This document shows, piece by piece, positions 54,594 through 64,000 of a DNA stretch of 64,000 bases; position 1 is the stretch's first letter; each line of letters starts with the position of its first letter. The DNA lies in the NCBI GenBank assembly GCA_012295275.1, contig CM022679.1, forward strand, positions 22,010,001 to 22,074,000, written 5' to 3'. The position numbers were made by a program, and so were the translations under genes. This DNA comes from Chrysomallon squamiferum. Its lineage: Eukaryota; Animalia; Mollusca. The notes under the pieces were generated by a model. That model saw nothing but the letters and a program-made list of their open reading frames with translations, was not told the DNA's origin and did not search any database.

Positions 54594-55079
54594 CATATAT
54601 ATATATATACATATTGCTTAAATTTATACATTATATATTTCATATAATGTATAGCTTATCTGTATTCACGATTGTAACTAATATAAGGTTCTGAAAACTT
54701 CCAACATCATGCATCGAACCATTCTGTCTTGCATGTGATGTTATTTTCTGCAACGTACTGCAAAACATTAGCATTTATACTGGACATAACCCACTCCAAA
54801 TCTTCGTACGTGATCTAACTGATAATGTACTGTTAAATTTCATATATCTATTTATATTAAACTCTTAAATGATCTGAATGTCTAGTCCTACAATTTATTT
54901 TGTTTCGTCTGACTGAAGTTCTGCTTATATTATTATCTTATAAACAAATGCACAGACATACAGACGTACATAAAAACACATAAGCAAAAATGCAAGAGGC
55001 ATATATATCTTAATTATGATATCAACAATCAACATAGATAATAAACATACAATTCACATATAAAAAGAGAGATTTTTTT

Positions 55080-55170
<91 letters not shown>

Positions 55171-57019
55171 GCAGATACATATACATATACAGACATGTAC
55201 AGGCAAAGATAATCATTAACAAAACAACAACAACAACAACAACAACAATAATAATAACACTAACAGACGAATAAACAAACAAATGATATTCTGAAATAAA
55301 TAAAACAATTAAAAATCAATTCAAACAAAATCCAACAAAAAGGAAGGAAAAAAAAAATAAAAAAAAAAAACTAATAATAATACAAATTTTTGTTTACCAT
55401 AATATAATGGCACCAAACATTCGGATATGGATTTATAGGCCATATTGTTTACGTAACCATGGTTGCATACAAAATGGGTTTTTACGTAAGCTGGGACGGC
55501 ATTGTGAAAACATCGTCACTGAAATAACAGAACTGCATTATCGTACAGTCTTTACAAACAGCAGGTGAATGCTCTTTAATCCATTGTAATGACGTCATTC
55601 TATTGTGTTTAACTGTTGATTACCTTTTTGTGTGAACGTACAGAGTCACGTGACATACTAAGCGATCGTACATGAAATGTCGAGAATCGATTAGGTTATT
55701 TCGAAATTTTATTTATTAATTTTTAAAAATTCACTGCAGCTGTAACGAGATTATTATCGACATATTTCTGTACCGACTGAAAAACAAATAATTAATGAAT
55801 GAAGAATTATTTCTATCAAAAAGTGATCATATTCAATAGTAAATAAAAATATATATATATATATAAAGAAACATTACATTTAGTTAATAATCAATTAAAT
55901 TATTCTCGAAGGTATTCGTAAATCAAATTTTAACTGATTTCTAGTGAATTTGTGTTCATCAGTTCAGGAACAGTCACGTATTACGTAATTTTAAAATGAT
56001 GACGTAATAAAAATGGTTCAGCCGCTGACTGAGTCTTAGGACTGACGATTAAATAAATAAATAAGTAAATAAAACCAATTTTATCCGAGTTGTAAGTGAT
56101 TCTTATGTTTAGAAACAGCGTTAATAAATTTAGAATCAACAGATTTAGAATTGTCAAATTTATAATTTTTAAAACGAAATATGACATTTAAAATCTTTTC
56201 TTGAGATCTGTTTAATGATACACGTTTATGGTCGTTGAATTACGAACTGTTATTTTACTCTGTTAATATATTTAACGATAGTATCTTTTATATCTCTGGA
56301 AATAAATTAGTCTGTTAGCATGGTATTAAAAAAATATATATCGAGCAAAAAAAAAAAAAAAAAAACAACATTTTTATCTCTTATTTTATTTTTTATTTTT
56401 CCCTCACTTTTCATTTCTTTTTGAAAGTTGTATTTATCAATTTGGTTCCGTGCAGTTTACGACTTTTTATGTCGACAATAAATTTCAGTTAAACTCCCAA
56501 CGTTTTAGAGAACAAAGTTCTTTTTTTTTTCTTTTCTTTTTTTAACAGAGCGCGTGCGCTATTCGCGTACTGCGGTTTTCGATTCGCCAGGTGGTGCAAG
56601 TTAATTAGCAACCAGCCACGTGCATTCGGTCTGCTTCCTTTTGTTACCTCTCGCTCGCTCTGTATCGATCCGATTCTGTGACCTTATGAGGTCACGGTTT
56701 TCAATTTTCAACACCCTTACTGTTCACGACACCTGGCAACAAGAACAATCAAACACCGACGACGTATTAACATACGCCTGATCAGTCGGCTGTCGTCAGT
56801 CGGGTTTGCTGTCAAAACAAAGAACGAACGAGTTACGAGGTTACCGACGAACGCCCAAGCGATTCGGCTTTCTTCGATTTACGAAAATTGCCGAAACGTC
56901 ACGAACGTTAGTTAAATCCGGAAGCCTCGCAGTCTGCACATGCAGATTGTATCGTCTGCAATTAAAGAAGTTAATAATTTATATCTTTTTCAGATGACGA
57001 TAACAACAACAACAACAGC

Positions 57020-57060
<41 letters not shown>

Positions 57061-57819
57061 TTCATATGCATTTATTTTCTAAAAATGTATATATATTTAT
57101 TCATTTATTCCTTCATATATTCATTATTCAGTTCATTGCATGTTCAAAATTCACATATGTGTATGTCTGTCTCAGTGTAAAATATTTACTTTTTAATTAT
57201 AATACTAAACGAAGTCTTTAAATATTCTTTTTAATTTTCTTGACACAAACAAGACATGCTTATTATATCTGCATGTATTAAATTATTTATGCTTAATATA
57301 CATTGCCCCTACACACATCAGATAAACATATTATATGAAAAATCGTTTGAGATATACATATGGTCCTGTACACTGCACATAACAATAACTGAATACGCTT
57401 TTAATGTGATGTATGTTTCTTCGGGATTTTTTCTTCTTTTTAGTTTTTTTGTCGGTTTTTTTTTTTTTTTTTTTTTTTCCGCGGTGCCAGCTGCCAGCAT
57501 TTGCATCCAGAGCATCTTTGTTTGACCTAAATCGATGACGACTCTGTAAGCTTTCTATAATGTTCATGCAGCAATTCGCGCGCAATATCGATTGTCGCCA
57601 GGTGGCCTGTTCTACAAGTGTAACCAAATAGCACGCGCTACTTCCCTCGTAAGATTGTGTCAATTACGCAAATAGTTTAATAAAAGAACTCTGCGAACGA
57701 ACATAAAAGCACTAGCCTACGCAAAAATCTGAAAAGTGGTTTTGATTCTAACAGATGTGAAAAAAAAAAAAAGTGCCATAAATATTTTCATCAGTGTTCG
57801 TTTTGAAAGACCTAGCTAC

Positions 57820-57876
<57 letters not shown>

Positions 57877-58215
57877 GCTGTTGTTTTTGTTAGTTATCAT
57901 TATTATTATTAATGATTATCTTCGCCTGTTTGTCTTATTATTATTAGTTGTTGTTGTAGATGTTGTCGTTCTTGTTGTTATTATACTACTAGTAGTAATA
58001 TTTAAATTCTAAATGTTAAATTGTCTTTTCGTGGTTCTGTAGTCAAATTGATCATAATCGACATAAATTATGGAATATTATTTGTGATATCGATTTGAAA
58101 ATGAGATGAAATTAATGGTGAACTGGAAGGCAGAAAGATATGAAATTCTGTTTTCACTAAATTGTTTTAAATTCTGAATTCCGTGCAAGATAATCAATGC
58201 TTTAGAAATTTAAAT

Positions 58216-58320
<105 letters not shown>

Positions 58321-58762
58321 CGTTTTAAATTACTGATACCACAGCTATCTAATCAACTGTATTAATTTGGCCGTATTGACCTGGAGATTAACAACTCTCT
58401 GAGTAATTATTATTTCAACGTCATCATCATCATGTTGTTTGCTCTTCTGACGTAACACGTGACATAAAACACACTGTTTTGTTTGTAGCCTATCTACGTC
58501 ATCACGTAAATACATTTTGCAGGTGAGTGGTTGATCTATTGCGTGGTGGATATTTTGATGAGTAATAATTGATCATGTTCTTTCAACAACATTTTTATTT
58601 TTTATTTTTAAACAGCTCAGACGACTGAACATAGACATAACAATTCGGATGTAAATGATGACACATGTTTAGTCAATCAGAAGTACGGATGAATTAGTCA
58701 GTACTGTATTGATTAAACTTCCTATTTTATTATTTAGCGATGTGTAAATATAGACCTACACT

Positions 58763-58847
<85 letters not shown>

Positions 58848-58944
58848 TGACAAACATGTATTTGACATCTTACAAACAAATAAGTATGATATACATACAT
58901 GCATACGCAGTCACATACGTACATACATGCGTGCATTTATTGTG

Positions 58945-58979
<35 letters not shown>

Positions 58980-59934
58980 GTGTATGTATGTATGTGTGTA
59001 TGTATGTGTGTATATATGTGTGTATGTATGTATGTATGTGTGTGTGTATGTATTATGTATGTATGTATGTACGTGTGCATGTGTGTATATCATGTATATC
59101 TATACATCCCCCCACACCCACATCCACACCCTCCCACACATACACATATATATCAATATATTCATATATTTATATATCAAGATACTCACTTTTATTCTCA
59201 AATACACAAACCTGTTTACTCACACATATTTACCTAAACAAACACATGCAGGGTGCAGCTGTCTACTTCATTATCTGTAAAATTAAATACATTAATATAG
59301 AAAATAATAAAGTAAAGTTAACAACAAGTACGACTGAACTCCCACATCGGACTCAGCCGAATGTTTCCTTAATGAAGGAACAAGAGCAAATTGTCGTCCT
59401 TGATACACCTGCTCATAACAGCCGGCAGGTGGCGTTCGTCGTCTTCAAGATTTTTCTCGAGAGAAGCTGAGTACTCCATGTTAATTAAAAGTTAATCTTC
59501 TCCAAATGTCTTTCATAGTATTTTATTTTTTTATTTTACAGATTACCGGGCTGATATATATTTTTTTATTTTTTTTTTTTTTTTTTTTTTTTTGGTTTTG
59601 AAGTCTTGATGAAACACAGAACAGAAAATAATTATGGCAAAATGATGTGTTTTAAAATAAATAATTATGTAATTTGTTAAACTTTTTGCTCTATAAATAA
59701 TAATCGGGAAGATTTTTAAGTTTGCATAGCAGAGAGTCATTCTTTAAATTTTTTGGTTTTTCTCTTGCAATCGTAATTTGGAAAATTAATATACATATAC
59801 GAACAAACACAAATACTTATAAAAATAGAAGATAGGTGACATGTTTCTACTTTATCATATTTTTGTAAAATCATAGCAGAAAATTTATCATCATATTCAT
59901 ATTATTATAATTATCATCATCATTATTATTATTA

Positions 59935-60007
<73 letters not shown>

Positions 60008-60163
60008 CAGAGTAACATATATAATAGAAATAGCACACAAAAGAGAGACTACAAGATTTCAGGTGTTACAAATTAAGCTATTCGAATAATAATAATCAAC
60101 AATTTAATATCATGGATATACATTATGGGTATACAACTTAATTTTACTAGCTTCTCTCTGGAC

Positions 60164-60433
60164 CATAGGTTTTCAATCTGGGGGTCGCGAGATCGTTCTT
60201 GAGCGAGGGTGTGTTTTAGCTTTTTTTCAACTTGACTTGGAAGGAGGAATAAATAAAATCGTGTAGATAGGGTTGGGACCCGTTGTATTGAATATAGATT
60301 CCTTTTTGTACTGTCTTTGGTTGATGAAAATATGGTAACCCTAAATATTATTGAATCAAAAGTTTTAAATGGGATCATCGGTCATACTGAGCTGCTTATA
60401 AGGTACTCGGTATGAAAAGATTGTCAACCAGTG
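60164..60433. mobile_element. Non-autonomous hAT (Charlie-like) MITE, 270 bp
   Basis: Imperfect TIRs CATAGGTTTTCAATCT / AGATTGTCAACCAGTG; 8-bp TSD CTCTGGAC (60156-60163) / CTCTAGAC (60434-60441), matching the NTCTAGAN target preference. Confidence 0.8.
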
Positions 60434-61448
60434 CTCTAGACTGTTGTGGCAGAAATATGCATTTATTTATTTATTTTATTTTATTTTTATTATAAATCAT
60501 AGATATATGCTGTATTTATTTAGTTTTTTTTTTTTTTAATTTAAAGAAAGAAAAATAATTGTAAATATCAATGACATGCATTTTTTCCCTCGTTTCTGAT
60601 AAGGGGCATAACCAGTAAATAACTTGTTGTTCATAGAGTTATCTAACTTGCTAACATTCTATTATTGGCCTTGTTGGCTAAATTAGTCATAACTGAAAGA
60701 AAACAAGTATTCTTTTTCTCCCCTCCCATTATATTAGGAAAAAATATAATAATAATAAAACGAAAATCTTCTCGGATAAATAAAAATTAAAAGAAAAATA
60801 TAAATCATTTGGACCTATTTTTTCCTTTAAAATTAAACTACTACTACTACTACTACTGTTACTACTGCTACTATTTCTACTACTACTACTATTACTACTA
60901 CTACAACTACTACTACTACTACTACTGCTTCTACTACTACAACTACTAATAATAATAATGAAAAGAAAGAAAGAAAATTAAAATTTAAAGAAGATATTTA
61001 ACTAGCAGAAGTGATTAGTGAATATCGATATTTTAGAATATCAAATAAATTAAGCTGATTAAATATTAATAAATTATAATTCTATTAATAAACAATTAAG
61101 CAGAGTCATGGAATAATTATAAATAAATACACATGTTTTAGTTTCAGATCGATTTAATTAACTGAAATAAGTTAACCGATTTTTGTCTTTTTCTTACGCA
61201 TCTCGGAAAGGGACATAACTAGCATTTGTTTACCTCAATTGCTAAATATAGTCGTATGAATAATAATAATACTCGTTTGCTTGAGAGGTTTTCATTCTTT
61301 CTTTATTGATTTTTTTTCTCTCCTTTTTTTCTACATCTCTAATAAAATAATGTGGCTACATTACATTTTTTCTAAAGAAAAAAAAATTGAGAAAGAATAA
61401 AATAAACAGAAAAATATAGGAAGAAAATTTATGGCGGAACGTATGTAC

Positions 61449-61536
<88 letters not shown>

Positions 61537-61648
61537 TGTATAATTAAGGAATTAAATAAACTGAATGTATATCTATTATTACGGTGAAATCGCTGACCCG
61601 ATAATTGCTAATAATAAAAGTTAATAAGTGTTATTTACCTCACACAAC

Positions 61649-61873
61649 CCAATCACAGCTATTAATAGAACAACTGTACACCCGATAAGTAAGAAAAAAA
61701 CATCAACAACTAGTTCCATAACAGGAGTGACTAACGTAAAACTTCCATATATGGGATATCACAAATTATAATTCCTTTTCCTGGAAAGAAAAACTGCGGG
61801 TATATAAAGCTTTACATCGACGGAGAAAAGTCACATTTCTACAGCTTGAGATTACGATATTCGTTAGAAGTTG
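61649..61873 (+). promoter_or_regulatory. Actin promoter and non-coding first exon
   Basis: CCAAT 61649; MEF2 CTATTAATAG 61659-61668; CArG CCATATATGG 61745-61754; TATATAAA 61801-61808; donor ttg|gtgagt at 61873/4; acceptor tgacag| at 62246. Confidence 0.75.
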
Positions 61874-62064
61874 GTGAGTGAAAATATTAACAGGAAGCTA
61901 CGTGTTCATGAGTATATGTTTTTATATGTGGTGTTTGTATTATTTCAGTATAGAAAATTTATTCCTTTTTATATTTATTTTATATATTTACTTATTACTG
62001 CTTAAAGTAAATTTGTTATTGTTTATGCTTATGTGTTCAAACAAAATGTGTTTATGATATATGC

Positions 62065-62170
<106 letters not shown>

Positions 62171-62261
62171 ATGCAAACATACGTACAAATGCTAATAAGT
62201 ATGCTTAAAGTCATATTTATTTATTTATTTATTTATTATCTGACAGATTTAACAAAACATA

Positions 62262-62392
62262 ATGACACTTTACGAAGACGATGTTGCCGCCGTCGTTATT
62301 GACAACGGGTCCGGCGTGTGCAAAGCTGGTTTTGCTGGAGATGACGCCCACGTGTTGTTTTTCCTGCTTTGACGGGATTTCCAAAATATGAC
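62262..62392 (+). CDS. actin: Divergent actin, coding exon 1 (one C missing at 62347-62349)
   Basis: [29 protein letters not shown](P)[14 protein letters not shown]|gtaagt; intron at conserved actin position 41/42. Confidence 0.85.
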
Positions 62393-62504
62393 GTAAGTCA
62401 GACAAAATATTTATTTTAACAGATTATTGTTGTTGTTGTTGTTGTCATCATCATCTTCATCATCATCATCATTATTATTAGAAATTAGTAAGATAGTAGT
62501 AGTG

Positions 62505-62573
<69 letters not shown>

Positions 62574-62756
62574 ATAGCACTGGTAGTAGAAGAAGGAGAA
62601 GTAACAGCAGTTAGAGTAACTGTAGTAGTAGCAGCAGTAAAAGTAGTAGCTGTAATAATAATAGTTGTAGTAGTAGCATATTGTCCTTGCTAATAACTGT
62701 TACTAAGATTAATGTAAGAATCAATAGTAGTAGTAGTAGTTGTAGTAGTAGTAGTT

Positions 62757-62790
<34 letters not shown>

Positions 62791-62884
62791 CAGTAGTAAT
62801 AGAGGTGTTAGTAGTAGTAATAGTCGCGGTTGTTTTTGTTATTGTTGTAGTAACACATCGTCATATTTTAATTTTGTTCAACAG

Positions 62885-63124
62885 TCGGTTATGGTTGGAA
62901 TGGGAGAAAAGGACTGCTACATCGGGGACGAAGCTCAAAACAAGCGAGGCGTTTTGAGCCTGAAGTACCCCGTTGAACACGGCATCGTCACCAACTGGGA
63001 CGACATGGAGAAGATCTGGCACCACACCTTCTACAACGAACTTCGGGTCGCTCCGGAAAACCACGCGGTTCTTCTTACCGAGGCTCCGTTAAATCCCAAA
63101 TCAAACCGTGAAAAAATGACTCAG
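62885..63124 (+). CDS. actin: Actin coding exon 2
   Basis: [58 protein letters not shown]...NREKMTQ|gtgtgc; conserved intron 121/122. Confidence 0.95.
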
Positions 63125-63436
63125 GTGTGCATTAAGTCCTAATGCCTTTTATTTCGTAGAATCATGCATTTATGATTACAGCATATTATTCTGAATTATA
63201 CCTCGGTTTGTTATGATAGCGGGAATATCCTGAGTGACGTAATCAATGGCCAAATACAGATACGAACAAAGACGTATGATTCTTGTAAGACGCTGTAATT
63301 CATCATATTAGTTATTAACCGAGCTGCATTCTGCATCTATATTAAATCACTGATAAAATTAACAAGAACTGATAAATTAAGAAAAGAAAGAGAGGAGAAA
63401 CAAAAAAAGAATTTAAAATTGTTGTTGTTATTGTTG

Positions 63437-63486
<50 letters not shown>

Positions 63487-63491
63487 TTCAG

Positions 63492-63630
63492 ATCATGTTT
63501 GAAACTTTCAACAGTCCCGCTCTCTACGTTTCCATCCAGGCAGTTCTCTCCCTTTACTCATCTGGTCGAACGACAGGGATCGTGTTCGATTGTGGTGACG
63601 GAGTAACTCACATAGTGCCTATTTATGAAG
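63492..63630 (+). CDS. actin: Actin coding exon 3 (gene continues beyond the window)
   Basis: ttttcag|[47 protein letters not shown]|gtagga; conserved intron 168. Confidence 0.95.
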
Positions 63631-63859
63631 GTAGGAATATTGTTAACATGACTGCAGAGGCAGAAAATGAAATTCTCACAACACTGCATAATGTTATGTC
63701 GATATTTTGTTTATTTAATTTGTCGAGTTAATTAGAAATGATTAGCAGTTGCGTCTATATTTATAGCTTAATATTCTACTATCCTAAACAGGATAATAAA
63801 TACCCACACTTGCACACGCACATACATACAAAAAAACGGACACATCCACACACCCACAT

Positions 63860-63900
<41 letters not shown>

Positions 63901-64000
63901 CGCACAAACAAATAACCCGACACCAACAGAAATAATATATCAATATATCAATATGAAATATATAAGTAAGTAAGTAAATATGATTTAAAGAGTGCATATA

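Overview
AT-rich, microsatellite-dense animal genomic DNA with spliceosomal introns. It looks lophotrochozoan, probably a gastropod mollusc; this is inferred from protein similarity and repeat style. Four protein-coding genes can be reconstructed by hand. (1) The 3' part of Axin on +: 7 exons, 1264-8937, with GSK3-binding, beta-catenin-binding and DIX regions. (2) A convergent PP2C-like gene resembling PP2D1 on -: 5 coding exons, 20114->12798, with an N-terminal C2H2/UBZ3-like finger, degenerate catalytic motifs and a 1-nt frameshift in an A7 run. (3) An Atoh8/net bHLH gene with an intronless CDS (33030-33938, +), inside about 40 kb of non-coding DNA dotted with motif-rich islands. (4) The 5' part of a divergent actin on + from 62262, with a CArG/MEF2/TATA promoter and a 1-nt frameshift in a C run. 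The most notable non-coding signals are: TCF/LEF site clusters in two Axin introns (candidate Wnt feedback enhancers), CTCF-like motifs in convergent orientation around Atoh8, a 72-nt-periodic motif in the Atoh8 3' UTR, candidate exons of a spliced non-coding transcript, and a hAT MITE with TSDs. Most ORFs in the supplied track are microsatellite artefacts. There is no CRISPR array, rRNA or intact tRNA. All regulatory calls are motif-based inference.
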